In this document: in pieces, positions 28,223 through 39,246 of the stretch
Numbering within the stretch: position 1 is the stretch's first letter
Layout: every line of letters starts with the position of its first letter
Source of the DNA: an uncultured Gammaproteobacteria bacterium
GTDB taxonomy: Bacteria; Patescibacteriota; Microgenomatia; UBA8517
Length of the DNA: 64,000 nucleotides
NCBI GenBank assembly: GCA_964431555.1
Contig: CAYSJW010000023.1
Span: 33,368 to 97,367, forward strand
Direction of reading: 5' to 3'
Made by a program: the position numbers and the translations under genes
Notes under the pieces: generated by a model
What the model was told of the DNA's origin: nothing
The model's database searches: none
What the model saw: only the letters and a program-made list of their open reading frames with translations

Positions 28223-29206
28223 TTATTCAGAAAAAGGTTGTAATCCTTTCTCACCCAAAGCGGCCTCAATGACCTTAACAGACTTTTCTCCCAAATTTCT
28301 AACCTTAACCAAATCCTGTCTTTTTGCAGTCATTAAATCTTCAACCGTCTCATAACCAGCCTTAAGGAGAGCATTAGCCACCCTGGTAGGCAAACCGATT
28401 TCCTCAACCGAAAGTTTCCCAACCGGTCCAATTAAATCCACCTTTTCCTCTTTTACCTCAACTTTCTTTTTGGGCTCAATTATCTGTTTATAATAAGAAA
28501 TTAAAATTTTAGCTGCCTGAAGCAGAGCATCTTTAGCCTCTATAGTTCCATCAGTCCAAATTTCCAGGGTCAATTTATCATAATTTGTAAGTCTTCCGAC
28601 ACGTGTTTCCTCAACTTTATAATTAACCCTAGTTATTGGCGAAAAAGACGCATCCACAGGAATCACTCCGACTTCTGAAGTTTTCCTTTCTTCTGCAGGA
28701 GAATAACCAGTTCCTCTGGAAATTTCCAGCTTCGCTTCCAGCTTGGCACCTTCAGCTAAATTTGCCAAAACCAAATCAGGATTAACAACCTTAACACTGC
28801 CGTCTATCTTAATATCTCCAGCTTTTACAACTCCACCCAGAGCCGAGATGCTTCCCTTAACTACTTTATCAGAATCAAAAGAAAATCTCACTTTCTTAAG
28901 ATTAAGAATAAATTCAATTATATCCTCCTTCATTCCCTTGAGGGTGGAAAATTGATGTCTAACTCCGGATATTCTTACCTGAGTCACAGCAGCTCCCGGT
29001 AAGCTCGTCAAAAGAACTCGCCTTAAAGAATTTCCCAAAGTATTACCATATCCCTGCTCTAGGGGAGTTATAACAAACTTAGAATAATTTTCCTTTTTTT
29101 CTTCCTCTTTTATTTCAAAAATAGGTTCAAAATCCAAAATAATCACCTCCTTCTTATTTTTATCGTGAATAAAACTCAACAATATCTTGCTCCGAAATAG
29201 GTTCAA
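28223..29206 (-). CDS. rpoA: DNA-directed RNA polymerase alpha subunit. The ORF-track start overlaps rpsD by 47 nt, so the true start may be a downstream non-ATG codon.
   Basis: ITPLEQGYGNTLGNSLRRVLL... Confidence 0.9.
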   Translation of the reverse strand: MNLFRSKILLSFIHDKNKKEVIILDFEPIFEIKEEEKKENYSKFVITPLEQGYGNTLGNSLRRVLLTSLPGAAVTQVRISGVRHQFSTLKGMKEDIIEFILNLKKVRFSFDSDKVVKGSISALGGVVKAGDIKIDGSVKVVNPDLVLANLAEGAKLEAKLEISRGTGYSPAEERKTSEVGVIPVDASFSPITRVNYKVEETRVGRLTNYDKLTLEIWTDGTIEAKDALLQAAKILISYYKQIIEPKKKVEVKEEKVDLIGPVGKLSVEEIGLPTRVANALLKAGYETVEDLMTAKRQDLVKVRNLGEKSVKVIEAALGEKGLQPFSE

Positions 29207-29759
29207 TTATATCATCCCTTTTAGGCAAAGATACAATCTGACCTGCAGCTCCCTTCCTCTTCAGCCAAGAAGGAATTTGTTTATTTTCATCCTCCAATAC
29301 TCTTTTAATATAGGGAATATTGTGAGCCTTGGTCGAAACTACAACTGCATCACCAACCTTAACCTGAAAAGATGGAATATTTACTATTTTTCCATTTACC
29401 AAAACCTTTTTATGAGAAACCAATTGCCTTGCCGACGCTCTGGTAGGAGCAAAACCCAACCTATAAACAACATTATCCAATCTTCTTTCTAAAAAGGACA
29501 AAAACTCCTCACCTGTATTACCTTTGGATTTAAGAGCTTTCTTCATATAATTTTTGAATTGTTTTTCCAGTAATCCATACATCCTTTTTACTTTCTGTTT
29601 TTCTCTTAGTTGCCTTCCATATTCAGACTTACTATGAAAACCCCTCGGTCCATGTATACCCGGAGGAACATTTAAACGTGTAAGTTTCGCCCCTTTTCCA
29701 AAAAGGTCAAAACCTTCACGTCTTGATAATTTATCTTTCGGACCCTTGTATCTTGCCAT
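29160..29759 (-). CDS. rpsD: 30S ribosomal protein S4.
   Basis: MARYKGPKDKLSRREG... Confidence 0.92.
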   Translation of the reverse strand: MARYKGPKDKLSRREGFDLFGKGAKLTRLNVPPGIHGPRGFHSKSEYGRQLREKQKVKRMYGLLEKQFKNYMKKALKSKGNTGEEFLSFLERRLDNVVYRLGFAPTRASARQLVSHKKVLVNGKIVNIPSFQVKVGDAVVVSTKAHNIPYIKRVLEDENKQIPSWLKRKGAAGQIVSLPKRDDIIEPISEQDIVEFYSR

Positions 29760-29856
29760 TTTTAAACTCCTTTCAATTTATTCACCAGGTATTTATTTAA
29801 AATAATTTTTGCATCTTTTTTAATTTCGGAAATCATATTTTCATCTTTCAATAGAA

Positions 29857-30264
29857 TTAGGCTCTTCTTTTCTTTTTAGGACGCGGCCCGTTATGGGGAA
29901 TTGGCGTAATATCGGCTATAAGAGCTATCTTTACCCCTTCTCCCCTTATAGCCCGCAAAGCCGCATCCCTTCCCGGACCCGGACCTTTTATATAAACCTC
30001 AACTTCTGAAATTTTGCTTACCTCTCTAAGTTTATTAAAAACCTTCTCAACCGCCGTCTGAGCCGCAAAAGGAGTTGACTTTCTCGTCCCCTTAAAACCA
30101 GCGTTTCCCGAAGATCCCCAAGCCAAAGTATTTCCCTGATCATCGGTTACTGTAACTATTGTATTATTAAAAGATGCGGATACATAAACCTTCCCACGCA
30201 TCTGGTTTTTAACAGGAATCTTTTTATTACTTTTATTACTTTCCTTTTTTTGCTTTTTCGGCAT
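29857..30264 (-). CDS. rpsK: 30S ribosomal protein S11.
   Basis: ...[20 protein letters not shown]... Confidence 0.92.
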   Translation of the reverse strand: MPKKQKKESNKSNKKIPVKNQMRGKVYVSASFNNTIVTVTDDQGNTLAWGSSGNAGFKGTRKSTPFAAQTAVEKVFNKLREVSKISEVEVYIKGPGPGRDAALRAIRGEGVKIALIADITPIPHNGPRPKKKRRA

Positions 30265-30268
30265 AAAT

Positions 30269-30673
30269 TTATCCCTTCTTTTCTTGTGATTGCATCTTTG
30301 CCAACATTTCCTTCTTGAAAGCTCCTACAGTCTTTCTCTTACCTCTTTTAGTTCGAGCATTTCTTCTCGTTCTTTGTCCTCTAACCGGCAAATTCCTGGA
30401 ATGTCTCATACCCCTGTAAGATCCGATTGTTTTTAACCTTTGTACGTTTGACTTGACTTGTCTTATCAATTCCCCTTCAACAGGATATTCCTCAATCTTG
30501 GTTGCCAACCTTGCCAAATCTTCAGGATTAATTTGAGATAATCTTTTGCTTGGATCAAGAGACAAAGAACTTATTATCTTTTTAGACAATGCCCAACCTA
30601 TCCCTTTGATACGGGTAAGGGCGTAATCTAATCTCCAATTATCCTGTAGTTCTACCCCCGATATTCTAGCCAT
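30269..30673 (-). CDS. rpsM: 30S ribosomal protein S13.
   Basis: MARISGVEL...IKGIG... Confidence 0.92.
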   Translation of the reverse strand: MARISGVELQDNWRLDYALTRIKGIGWALSKKIISSLSLDPSKRLSQINPEDLARLATKIEEYPVEGELIRQVKSNVQRLKTIGSYRGMRHSRNLPVRGQRTRRNARTKRGKRKTVGAFKKEMLAKMQSQEKKG

Positions 30674-30684
30674 TTTACAAATAC

Positions 30685-30798
30685 CTATCCTTGACGTTGC
30701 TTATGCCTTGGGTTTTTACAAATGACATAAACAACCCTGTCTCTTCTCACAATTTTACAATCTTTACATCTTTTTTTTACCGATGATGAAACTTTCAT
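30685..30798 (-). CDS. rpmJ: 50S ribosomal protein L36 (37 aa). Not in the ORF track.
   Basis: Hand translation gives [37 protein letters not shown]. Confidence 0.9.
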   Translation of the reverse strand: MKVSSSVKKRCKDCKIVRRDRVVYVICKNPRHKQRQG

Positions 30799-30801
30799 AA
30801 T

Positions 30802-31020
30802 TTATCTTATTTTTTGAACAATTCTTCCTCTTTCTTTATCATACTTGGTCATTTCAACAACAACCTTATCTCCGGGAAATATTCTAACATATCCCCTCCT
30901 AAAACTACCCTTTAGGCTTGCCAAAATCTTACGGCCATCCTCCAAATCAACCCTAAACATAGTATTGGGCAAACTTTCGCTTACGATTCCTGAAATTTTA
31001 ATAAAATCTTTTTCACTCAT
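30802..31020 (-). CDS. infA: Translation initiation factor IF-1.
   Basis: ...ISGIVSESLPNTMFRVDLEDGRKILA... Confidence 0.9.
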   Translation of the reverse strand: MSEKDFIKISGIVSESLPNTMFRVDLEDGRKILASLKGSFRRGYVRIFPGDKVVVEMTKYDKERGRIVQKIR

Positions 31021-31070
31021 ATAAACCAAAAAAACAAAAAAAACAAGCTAACCTCTTAATGATATTAGCT

Positions 31071-31829
31071 TTAAGTTAAAATTAAAGGACCTTTTTTTGT
31101 TATTGCTATCGTTTCCTCAAAAAGTGCTGTAATTTTACCATCTGAGCTTGAAATTGTCCACCCGTCTTTTTCAATAAATATATTCCCGGAACCTTGCGAG
31201 TACATAACTTCTATTGCCAGTGTCATTCCTTCCAAAATTTTTGGGGAATATTCAGCCTGGGTTGGATCAGCAAAACAGGGAATCTGAGGTTCTTCATGCA
31301 AATCTCTTCCCACTCCGTGACCCACCAAAGCCCTTACTGGATTAAATCCCCCCCTTCTAACCACCGATTCAATTGCAAAGGACAAGTCATAAATCCTATT
31401 ACCTATAAAAGCCTTCCCAATCGCCTCTCTCAAAGCCATCTCACCCACCTTAAGAAAATCCCTTTTCTCCTTGTTTAAATTTATTCCCAAAGTGAACGAA
31501 CTATCTGTATGAAAACCTTTATAAAAAACTCCAATATCTACACTAACTATATCCCCCTTTTTAAAAACTACATCTTTTCTAGGTATACCGTGAACGATTC
31601 CCTGATTGACATTAATGCAAGTCGACCAGTGATAATTGGGTACCATTTTAAAAGAAGGTTTGCAACCCTCCTTTTCAATAAGTTTTGTGGCAATCTTCTC
31701 TATCTCATCAGCACTGACTCCTTCTTTGATTTCTTTAGCTAAGATCTTTTTTATCCTGGCTAGTTTTTCTCCCCCCTCTTGCATTAACTTTATCTCGCTG
31801 GGAGTTTTAATTATTATCTTATTACTCAT
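31071..31829 (-). CDS. map: Methionine aminopeptidase, type I.
   Basis: 252 aa. Pita-bread fold metal ligands (D...D...H...E...E) blocks. Confidence 0.88.
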   Translation of the reverse strand: MSNKIIIKTPSEIKLMQEGGEKLARIKKILAKEIKEGVSADEIEKIATKLIEKEGCKPSFKMVPNYHWSTCINVNQGIVHGIPRKDVVFKKGDIVSVDIGVFYKGFHTDSSFTLGINLNKEKRDFLKVGEMALREAIGKAFIGNRIYDLSFAIESVVRRGGFNPVRALVGHGVGRDLHEEPQIPCFADPTQAEYSPKILEGMTLAIEVMYSQGSGNIFIEKDGWTISSSDGKITALFEETIAITKKGPLILT

Positions 31830-32467
31830 TAGTGTTCAATTTTTAACTTATTCAGAATATCCTCAAAAATAATTTCTATTGGCCTAGCCGCATCTATACG
31901 AAGCAAAATCCCTTTCTTTTCCAAATAATCTACTAATTTTTTGGTTGTCTTTTTATAAAACCTAAATCGAACTCTTAACAGTTCCGGTTTATCGTCTTCT
32001 CGTTGAATCAATTTTCCCCCGCAAACACAAACATTTTCTCTTTCAGGAGGATTTGTCAAGAGATTATAGACTTTACCACACTTTTCACATAATCTTCTAG
32101 CAGATAATCTTTCTATTGCCCTCTCCTCACTTATTTCCAAAACAATCACATGGTCGATTCTGCAATTTTTAACTTTTAAAAAATTATCAAGTGCCTCATA
32201 CTGAGAAATAAACCTCGGAAAACCTTCAAAAATAATGTTTTTAAAATCGGGCTTTAACTTTTCCAGATAATCAAGAACATACATGGTCATCTCTTCTTCC
32301 GGAATAAGACCCCCCGAATTAACAATCTCTCTAATTCTCTCATCCCTTTTGGCTAAACTTCGCGATAACTCACCCGCCTGAAAATGGAAAAGGTTCAACT
32401 TTTCCGATAACAACTGGGCTTGTGTACCTTTTCCAGAAGCTGGGGCTCCCAAAATTACAATATTCAT
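31829..32467 (-). CDS. adk: Adenylate kinase with a zinc-lid (CxxC...CxxG).
   Basis: ILGAPASGKGTQAQ P-loop. CEKCG...CVCGG. Confidence 0.9.
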   Translation of the reverse strand: MNIVILGAPASGKGTQAQLLSEKLNLFHFQAGELSRSLAKRDERIREIVNSGGLIPEEEMTMYVLDYLEKLKPDFKNIIFEGFPRFISQYEALDNFLKVKNCRIDHVIVLEISEERAIERLSARRLCEKCGKVYNLLTNPPERENVCVCGGKLIQREDDKPELLRVRFRFYKKTTKKLVDYLEKKGILLRIDAARPIEIIFEDILNKLKIEH

Positions 32468-32471
32468 AAAA

Positions 32472-33752
32472 TCAACTGAGAAAAGTTTCGTATCTTTTCA
32501 TAACCAATTGAGCTTCAACCTCCCTAGTCATTTCCAGAACTACAGAAACGACAATCAATATTCCTGTTCCTCCAATTGCCAAATTGGCAACACCAATAAT
32601 ATTTTGAAAAAATGATGGTAGGATGGCAATAAAACCCAGAAAAACGGCTCCCACCAGTGTGATTCTATTTAAAACATCATTTAGATATTTGGTAGTTTGC
32701 AAACCCGGTCTAATACCAGGTATAAATCCACCGGATTTTTGCAAGTTTTCGGAGATCCTCTCAGGATTAAAGACCACCGAAGTGTAAAAATAAGTAAAAC
32801 CCACTACCAAAAGAAAATAAGCAATATTATAAACCAAGGAAGCTGGATTAAAAATCCTGGCAATACTTTCCGCAAACTTACTTAAATTTGCATTAGGAAC
32901 TGCACTTAAAAATTGACCCAGAAGTGAAGGTAACATTACCAAAGATACGGCAAAAATAATCGGAATAACCCCTGCCTGATTTAAACGTAGCGGTATATAA
33001 GATGAAGAAAGTCCCATCCTACCTACACGTCTTGCGTAAGAAACGGGTATTTGACGAGTTGCTTCGTTCATAAATACAATAACTCCCACAATAAAAACTG
33101 AAATTATGACAAAAACTAACACCTTCAAAATATCTTCACTACCTATAACAGTTACAGACTGACCTAAAACAACAGGTAATCTTGCCACGATTCCAGCGAA
33201 AATAAGGAAAGAAACACCATTGGAAATACCATATTGCGTGATAAGTTCACCTAGCCATACGGAAAACATAGTTCCCGCTGTCATGGTAGTGACCAAAGCG
33301 ACAAGAGACAGCGCATTTAATGGCGGGATAATGTTTTGATTTTTAAGAAGAATATACATCCCAAACGCCTGCATGGTAGCCAAAGGAACTGTTAACATTC
33401 TGGTATACTGATTTATCTTCTCCTGTCCAAATTCACCTTCCTTTGAAAGCTCTTCCAAAGAAGGAATCACATAAGACAAAAGCTGCATTATAATTGAAGC
33501 ATTTATATAAGGAGTCAAACCCAAAGCCATTATAGAAAAATTTACCAAAGTTCCACCGGAAAAAACATCCAGCAAGGAAAGAAGGGGACTGCCCAAAAAC
33601 AAAGCTTGTAAAGACCCTCTATCAATCCCTGCCGCAGGAATATGAGCTGTAAGCCGAAAAATCGTTAAAATGATTGCTGTTATCAATAATTTTTTACGTA
33701 TATCGGCAGATTTCACTGCCTTGGAAAAAAATTCAAATACTTGGGAAAACAT
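32472..33752 (-). CDS. secY: Preprotein translocase subunit SecY.
   Basis: 426 aa, 10 TM. Position between rplO and adk. Confidence 0.92.
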   Translation of the reverse strand: MFSQVFEFFSKAVKSADIRKKLLITAIILTIFRLTAHIPAAGIDRGSLQALFLGSPLLSLLDVFSGGTLVNFSIMALGLTPYINASIIMQLLSYVIPSLEELSKEGEFGQEKINQYTRMLTVPLATMQAFGMYILLKNQNIIPPLNALSLVALVTTMTAGTMFSVWLGELITQYGISNGVSFLIFAGIVARLPVVLGQSVTVIGSEDILKVLVFVIISVFIVGVIVFMNEATRQIPVSYARRVGRMGLSSSYIPLRLNQAGVIPIIFAVSLVMLPSLLGQFLSAVPNANLSKFAESIARIFNPASLVYNIAYFLLVVGFTYFYTSVVFNPERISENLQKSGGFIPGIRPGLQTTKYLNDVLNRITLVGAVFLGFIAILPSFFQNIIGVANLAIGGTGILIVVSVVLEMTREVEAQLVMKRYETFLS

Positions 33753-33779
33753 AAGACAAAAAAACGAAATGTACTAAAA

Positions 33780-34247
33780 TCACCTAATTTTAGCTTCCGA
33801 CAAAATCTTTCCTTTTGCTTTTTCTATGATTTTCATAGCAGATTTTGAAATGGGTAAAGCTATTGTAAATTTCTTATCTACCTTACCGCCACCCAGAATT
33901 TTAACTCCCAATTCTTCTGCTTGCTTTTTATCAACTATTCCGTATTTAACAAGTAATTCCTTATCAACAACAGAACCTGAAGGTAAAATATTTAAATAAC
34001 CTGTTTTCACAATAAGGGGTTTTCTCTTCGAATGAAACTTTCCCTTACCACGCCTTAATGGAAGTCTCTTTATTAAAGATTTTTTTACCTTTACACCTTC
34101 AAAAAGAATGCCTAAATTCTTCCTGGACTTTTGCCCCTTTTGGCCACGGCCTGAAGTGTGGCCTCCCTTGCCACTTCCATAACCCCTTCCAACTCTTTTT
34201 TTTCTTTTACTAACAATTTTCGGTAAATTTATCATCTTTTTATTCAA
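33780..34247 (-). CDS. rplO: 50S ribosomal protein L15.
   Basis: ...KRVGRGYGSGKGGHTSGRGQKGQ... Confidence 0.92.
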   Translation of the reverse strand: MNKKMINLPKIVSKRKKRVGRGYGSGKGGHTSGRGQKGQKSRKNLGILFEGVKVKKSLIKRLPLRRGKGKFHSKRKPLIVKTGYLNILPSGSVVDKELLVKYGIVDKKQAEELGVKILGGGKVDKKFTIALPISKSAMKIIEKAKGKILSEAKIR

Positions 34248-34716
34248 CCAATTCTTTCTTCTTACTAATTCTCGCTATAGCTTTCAAAGCCTCCAAACAG
34301 GCATAAACATTGGATATTTTATTATTCGTACCCAAAATTTTACCAACAGCATCCCTTATCCCTGCTGATTCCAAAACTACTCTCATTGGCCCGCCTGCAA
34401 TTATACCCGAACCGGGGGGAGCAGGCTTCAAAATAACCTTAGCTGCAGAAAATTTCCTCTCAATCGAATAGGGAATAGTCCTACCCTTTAATGGCACACT
34501 AATCATCTTCCTCTTGGCAGCCTCCACCGATTTTCTGATTGCCGTGGAAACATCTAAAGCTTTAGACAATCCCACCCCAACCTTTCCTTTTTTATCTCCA
34601 ACAACAACCAATGCTGAAAACCTGATGGTATTACCACCCTTAGTTTTCTTGGAAATTCTTCTTACTTCAACCACTGTTTCTTCAAATTCTTTCAATTCAA
34701 AATCTGTACCCTCCAT
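34240..34716 (-). CDS. rpsE: 30S ribosomal protein S5. It directly abuts rplO with no L30 gene between.
   Basis: ...GRTIPYSIERKFSAAKVILKPAPPGSGIIAGGPMR... Confidence 0.92.
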   Translation of the reverse strand: MEGTDFELKEFEETVVEVRRISKKTKGGNTIRFSALVVVGDKKGKVGVGLSKALDVSTAIRKSVEAAKRKMISVPLKGRTIPYSIERKFSAAKVILKPAPPGSGIIAGGPMRVVLESAGIRDAVGKILGTNNKISNVYACLEALKAIARISKKKELVE

Positions 34717-35105
34717 TAAAAATCTAAACCTCCTTTCCTGGCTCCATCAGCCAAAGCGGCGACTCTTCCATGAAACTTATAACAACCTTTATCAAAAACG
34801 ACCCGCCTGATTTTCTTCTTCTTGGCTCTGTTTGCCAATAAACTTCCAACTTCAAAAGCTATTTCCATCCTTGAAAGCTTTCCTTTCCTTGGAGAAGAAT
34901 CTTTTCGTATTAAAGAATTTTTTATCTCCACATCCGACGCCGAAACCAAGGTAACTCCTTTTTCATCATCGATTAACTGTCCATAGATATGCTTATTTGA
35001 TCTAAAAACAGAAAGTCTTGGGCGAAAGATATTACCAGAAATTTTCGCCCTAGTTCTCTTTTTTCTCTTCTCTTTTCTTTGAATAATCTTTTTTAATAAT
35101 TTCAT
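34716..35105 (-). CDS. rplR: 50S ribosomal protein L18.
   Basis: ...[18 protein letters not shown]... Confidence 0.92.
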   Translation of the reverse strand: MKLLKKIIQRKEKRKKRTRAKISGNIFRPRLSVFRSNKHIYGQLIDDEKGVTLVSASDVEIKNSLIRKDSSPRKGKLSRMEIAFEVGSLLANRAKKKKIRRVVFDKGCYKFHGRVAALADGARKGGLDF

Positions 35106-35111
35106 ATCTTT

Positions 35112-35660
35112 TTAAGCGGCTCCCTGAGCTTTGGCAGCTTTACCGGCCTTTCTCCTTATTATCTCATCCTTATATTTAATACCCTTTCCCTTATAGGGTT
35201 CGGGTGGTCGCACACTTCTTATCCTACTTGCAATAAGTCCTACCAGCTCCTTATCGCAGCCTTCTACTGTTATTTCCGATTTTTCAACTCGAAAACTTAT
35301 GCCCTCAGGAGCTTCAATTTCCACCGGATGAGAATAACCAACATTTAAAACTAATTTTTTCCCCGACGTTTCCGCTCTAAAACCAGTTCCCACAAGTTCC
35401 AACTTTTTACTCCAACCCTCACTTACGCCTTTCACCATATTTGCTATCAAGGCCCTCACGGTACCGTGCAAAGCCTTCGTTTTTAAATTATTGTTATCAG
35501 CCCTCACTTTCAAATTCTTTTCATCCATTTCCAAAGATATATTTGGTGGAAGTTTTAAAAACAACTCACCCCTCGGGCCATTAACTTTAATCTGACCGTT
35601 TTTATTTTCAACCTTAACCCCTTCTGGAATTAAAATAATTTTCTTTCCAAGTCTGCTCAT
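35112..35660 (-). CDS. rplF: 50S ribosomal protein L6.
   Basis: MSRLGKKIILIPEGVKV... start at internal ATG. Confidence 0.9.
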   Translation of the reverse strand: MSRLGKKIILIPEGVKVENKNGQIKVNGPRGELFLKLPPNISLEMDEKNLKVRADNNNLKTKALHGTVRALIANMVKGVSEGWSKKLELVGTGFRAETSGKKLVLNVGYSHPVEIEAPEGISFRVEKSEITVEGCDKELVGLIASRIRSVRPPEPYKGKGIKYKDEIIRRKAGKAAKAQGAA

Positions 35661-35664
35661 ATTT

Positions 35665-36075
35665 CTACAAAACTTCTGCAATCACCTCTCCACCAAGATT
35701 ATCTTTCAAGGCTTTTCTTGACGAAATGATTCCCTTTGGCGTGGATAGAATAAAAATTGATGCTCTCTTTACTTTTTTAATCATATCTACTCCCCAATAC
35801 ACCCTTAATCCCGGTTTTGAAATCAGCTTAAGATCAGATAAAACAGGTTCTTTGTTCTTATAGCTTAATTGCACTTTCAAAAAGCCGTTCTCTACAAAAA
35901 CTCTCTCCAAATATTTTTCCTCAACTAACGTCTTAGCTACAGATTCAACAAGTTTGTTTAAAGGACAAGCCACATATTTTTGATTTGCCAAAGCCGCATT
36001 CTTGATTCTTATTAAAAAATCTCCGACTGGGTAGTTTACATTACCTTTTTTAATTTTGTTATTCTTCTTTTCCAT
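35665..36075 (-). CDS. rpsH: 30S ribosomal protein S8.
   Basis: ...VGDFLIRIKNA...SKPGLRVY...LGGEVIAEVL. Confidence 0.9.
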   Translation of the reverse strand: MEKKNNKIKKGNVNYPVGDFLIRIKNAALANQKYVACPLNKLVESVAKTLVEEKYLERVFVENGFLKVQLSYKNKEPVLSDLKLISKPGLRVYWGVDMIKKVKRASIFILSTPKGIISSRKALKDNLGGEVIAEVL

Positions 36076-36088
36076 ACTTTTACAAAAT

Positions 36089-36274
36089 TTACCAGCTAGC
36101 CTTTTTAACTCCGGGCAACTCCCCTTTATGCGCATATTCCCTAAAACAAAGCCTACATATTCCAAATTTTCTCAAAAAACCTCTTGGCCTTCCACAAAGG
36201 TAACATCTGTTCCTATATCTAATCTTGTACTTTAATTTTTTGCTTTCTCTTACAATTTTTGATTTTTTAGCCAT
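36089..36274 (-). CDS. rpsZ: 30S ribosomal protein S14 type Z (zinc-binding).
   Basis: ...[10 protein letters not shown]...CRLCFRE... Confidence 0.92.
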   Translation of the reverse strand: MAKKSKIVRESKKLKYKIRYRNRCYLCGRPRGFLRKFGICRLCFREYAHKGELPGVKKASW

Positions 36275-36317
36275 AATTTTATTTAAAACTTATTACACCA
36301 AACTAAAAAACAAATAA

Positions 36318-36863
36318 TCATTTTCCTTTCTTCTCAAAAGGCATACCTAAAAGCTCTAACATTCTCCTGCTAAGATCTTTATTTTTAGAATTTACTGTTA
36401 TTGTTACCCCCAAACCGTGAGGCTGGCTTTTAGCAAAATCAATTTCCGGAAAAACAGTATGTTCCGCTATTCCCAAAGTATAATTACCAAAATTATCAAA
36501 ACTATCCAATGAAACTCCTCTGAAATCTCTAAAACGGGGAAGAACTATTGAAAAAAGCCTATCCAAAAATGCCCACATTCTTTCTCCCCTCAAGGTAACT
36601 TTCAATCCAACCGGCACACCCTTCCTTATTCCAAAACTAGCCACAGAGATTTTAGCCGGCCTGACGCTAGGATACTGTCCTGAAATTAAAGATAAATCTT
36701 TCTTTGCTGCTTCCAATAGATCCTTATTTTTTACCAAATCTCCAATTCCCATATTCAGCGTAACTTTCTCAATTCTGGGAACAGCCATCTTATTCCCAAT
36801 AGCAAACTCCTCCATCAACTTTGGAGTAACCTCTTTTAAGTATTTTTCTTTCAGTTTTTGCAT
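36318..36863 (-). CDS. rplE: 50S ribosomal protein L5.
   Basis: Typical L5 N-terminus MQKLKEKYLKEV... and length. Confidence 0.92.
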   Translation of the reverse strand: MQKLKEKYLKEVTPKLMEEFAIGNKMAVPRIEKVTLNMGIGDLVKNKDLLEAAKKDLSLISGQYPSVRPAKISVASFGIRKGVPVGLKVTLRGERMWAFLDRLFSIVLPRFRDFRGVSLDSFDNFGNYTLGIAEHTVFPEIDFAKSQPHGLGVTITVNSKNKDLSRRMLELLGMPFEKKGK

Positions 36864-36869
36864 AAAAAA

Positions 36870-37208
36870 TTACTTTTTAACTTTATCAACTGGCGAGTCA
36901 ATCTCTCTTTTACACTTTGCACAAATTCTCCTCTTTTCCTTGCCAATAAATTTAAAACTGACACGGGTCACTTTTTTACACTTCGGGCAGATCAAGGCTA
37001 TTTTAGCGAAATCTAAAGGTCTGGGAACCTCATAAATTCCCCCTTTTCTCCCAGGAGACCCTTTTACATGCCTTTTGTAAACATTTATACCCGGTATCAG
37101 GGCAGATTTTTTACTTTTGTAAATTCTCTCAATTTCCCCTTCTCTCCCTTTGTCTTTTCCCGACATCACCTTTACTTTGTCACCAACTTTAAATTTCAAC
37201 ATATTCAA
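36870..37208 (-). CDS. rplX: 50S ribosomal protein L24 with a C-terminal CxxC...CxxC zinc-ribbon extension.
   Basis: [18 protein letters not shown]. Tail CPKCKK...CAKCKRE. Confidence 0.9.
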   Translation of the reverse strand: MNMLKFKVGDKVKVMSGKDKGREGEIERIYKSKKSALIPGINVYKRHVKGSPGRKGGIYEVPRPLDFAKIALICPKCKKVTRVSFKFIGKEKRRICAKCKREIDSPVDKVKK

Positions 37209-37570
37209 ACTACCTCCCTAGCTAAAGACGCTATCTTTGTATAACCTTTCTCCTTAATTTCTCTGGCTATCGGACCTAGAATTCTGGTTCCCACCGGCAT
37301 ACCCTGTTTGTCAATAATAACCCCCGCATTGTCATCAAAACGAATATAACTCCCATCCTTCCTTCTTACTTCTTTTTTAGTCCTAACAATCAAAACTCTA
37401 ACCTTCTCGCTATCACTAACCATACCATTTGGATCAGCCCCATCCACCACTCCTCTGACAACATCACCTAAACTGGCAACCTTCCCAATTTTCTGGGGTA
37501 CACCTATAACTCTGATGCTTTTCGCCCCTGAATTATCTGCCGGTTTTAGTACAGTTCTTAACTGTATCAT
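37205..37570 (-). CDS. rplN: 50S ribosomal protein L14.
   Basis: [17 protein letters not shown]... Confidence 0.92.
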   Translation of the reverse strand: MIQLRTVLKPADNSGAKSIRVIGVPQKIGKVASLGDVVRGVVDGADPNGMVSDSEKVRVLIVRTKKEVRRKDGSYIRFDDNAGVIIDKQGMPVGTRILGPIAREIKEKGYTKIASLAREVV

Positions 37571-37863
37571 TATTTTTTCCTCCTTTTTGAAACTTTCTCT
37601 TCAGTTTTATCCGATTTTAAAGCCTTTTTTACTTTGTCGTCCAAAACTTCTACTATTTTCCACTTTTTTGTCTTGCTATAAGGCCTACTGGCAACAAACT
37701 TAACAACCTGACCAACTTCCACACTCTTCTCATCATGCACTTGATATTTCTTTGTTTTTCTTACCCTTTTGCCGTAAACAGGATGCTTAAATACCCGATC
37801 AACTGCAACTGTGGCAGTTTTTAACATCTTCTTAGAAATGACCTTTCCTGTAAAAATTTTCAT
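37570..37863 (-). CDS. rpsQ: 30S ribosomal protein S17.
   Basis: ...[18 protein letters not shown]... Confidence 0.92.
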   Translation of the reverse strand: MKIFTGKVISKKMLKTATVAVDRVFKHPVYGKRVRKTKKYQVHDEKSVEVGQVVKFVASRPYSKTKKWKIVEVLDDKVKKALKSDKTEEKVSKRRKK

Positions 37864-37872
37864 AAGATTAGT

Positions 37873-38109
37873 TTATTCTTTTGACTTTTCTAAACTCTTA
37901 TTCATCTTCTCAATTAATCTCTTTTCCTTTAAAACAGTGTTGATCTGCGCAAATTCCCGCCTTAGCATTTTAACACGCTTTAAATTTTTTTCTTTTGATA
38001 TCCTAAGGTTGGTCTTGGTACGAATCACTTCCAACATCTTCTCTTTAAGAATTTTCTCTAAATCCTTTAAACTTTTTCCTCTTAAATCATTTAAATCCTT
38101 TTTCTTCAT
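37873..38109 (-). CDS. rpmC: 50S ribosomal protein L29.
   Basis: 78 aa, helical. Position between rpsQ and rplP. Confidence 0.88.
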   Translation of the reverse strand: MKKKDLNDLRGKSLKDLEKILKEKMLEVIRTKTNLRISKEKNLKRVKMLRREFAQINTVLKEKRLIEKMNKSLEKSKE

Positions 38110-38112
38110 CTT

Positions 38113-38523
38113 TTAACCCTCCTTACTAACTATTTTTACATCGAATGGTAACTTAGCTGACGCTAATTCTAATGCCCTTCTCGCCATACCGGCATCTACT
38201 CCCGCTACTTCATAAATAATTTTACCTGGAACAATCACAGCCACATATCTATCAATATCTCCCTTTCCTCCACCCATTCTTTGACCCGCGGCTCTTCCTG
38301 TTACCGGCTTATCCGGAAAAACACGAAGCCAGACTCTTCCTCCTCTTTTCAAACTATGAGTTATCGCTCTTCTACCGGCTTCAAGTTGAGCCGCCGAAAG
38401 CCAACCTCTACCCAATGACTTCAAACCATATTCGCCAAAGGCAAGACTGGATCCACGAATTGCTATTCCCTTTCGCCTTCCTCTAAATTCTTTTCTGTAT
38501 TTTCTCCTTTTTGGTTCCAACAT
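38113..38523 (-). CDS. rplP: 50S ribosomal protein L16.
   Basis: MLEPKRRKYRKEFRGR... Confidence 0.92.
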   Translation of the reverse strand: MLEPKRRKYRKEFRGRRKGIAIRGSSLAFGEYGLKSLGRGWLSAAQLEAGRRAITHSLKRGGRVWLRVFPDKPVTGRAAGQRMGGGKGDIDRYVAVIVPGKIIYEVAGVDAGMARRALELASAKLPFDVKIVSKEG

Positions 38524-38539
38524 AATATATTTTTATCTT

Positions 38540-39196
38540 TTATTCCTCCCCCTCTTTCTTGTGGATATAAACCTTTACCCCTACATAACCTCTCTTTAAA
38601 AGAGCTGGAACTTGGGCATAATCAACATTTTCTCTTAATGTCTGTGTTGAAACTGAACCCATATGATACTTCTCAACTCGGGCGATCTCTGCACCAGCTA
38701 TCCTTCCCGAGAGAACCACTTTTATTCCCAAAGCACCGGCAGACATCACTCTTTCCATAGCTTTGGTCACAACTCTTCTTTGAGGCAGTCTTCTCTCCAA
38801 TTCAGATGCAATTCTACCTGCAACCAGATAGGCCGAAAGCTCCGGATTTTTAACTTCATTAACTCTTAAGTCAATTTTCAAATCTCTTATTTTCCTTCCC
38901 CTAATTTTACTTATCAAATCCAATATAAATTTTTTCAAGTCTTCAAGTCCCGTTCCTCCTCTTCCGATTACAACCCCTGGCCTAGAAACAACCAAAATAA
39001 CCACCATACTTTTGGGAAGCCTTTCTATTTCTACACTGGTTATACCAGCGACTTTTAGGCGGTTCATCAAAGCCTTCCTGATCTCAATATCCTCAAGTAG
39101 GTACTCTTTGTAATTTCTGTTTTCAGCAAACCAACGAGACTTCCAAGACAAAAAGTTACCAATTCTAAAACCGATAGGATTAATTTTTTGTCCCAT
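38540..39196 (-). CDS. rpsC: 30S ribosomal protein S3.
   Basis: MGQKINPIGFRIG... KH domain. Confidence 0.92.
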   Translation of the reverse strand: MGQKINPIGFRIGNFLSWKSRWFAENRNYKEYLLEDIEIRKALMNRLKVAGITSVEIERLPKSMVVILVVSRPGVVIGRGGTGLEDLKKFILDLISKIRGRKIRDLKIDLRVNEVKNPELSAYLVAGRIASELERRLPQRRVVTKAMERVMSAGALGIKVVLSGRIAGAEIARVEKYHMGSVSTQTLRENVDYAQVPALLKRGYVGVKVYIHKKEGEE

Positions 39197-39246
39197 AATA
39201 TTAGCGATAATAAAAAAATTTAAAAATTAATGCAAAAGTCAAAAAA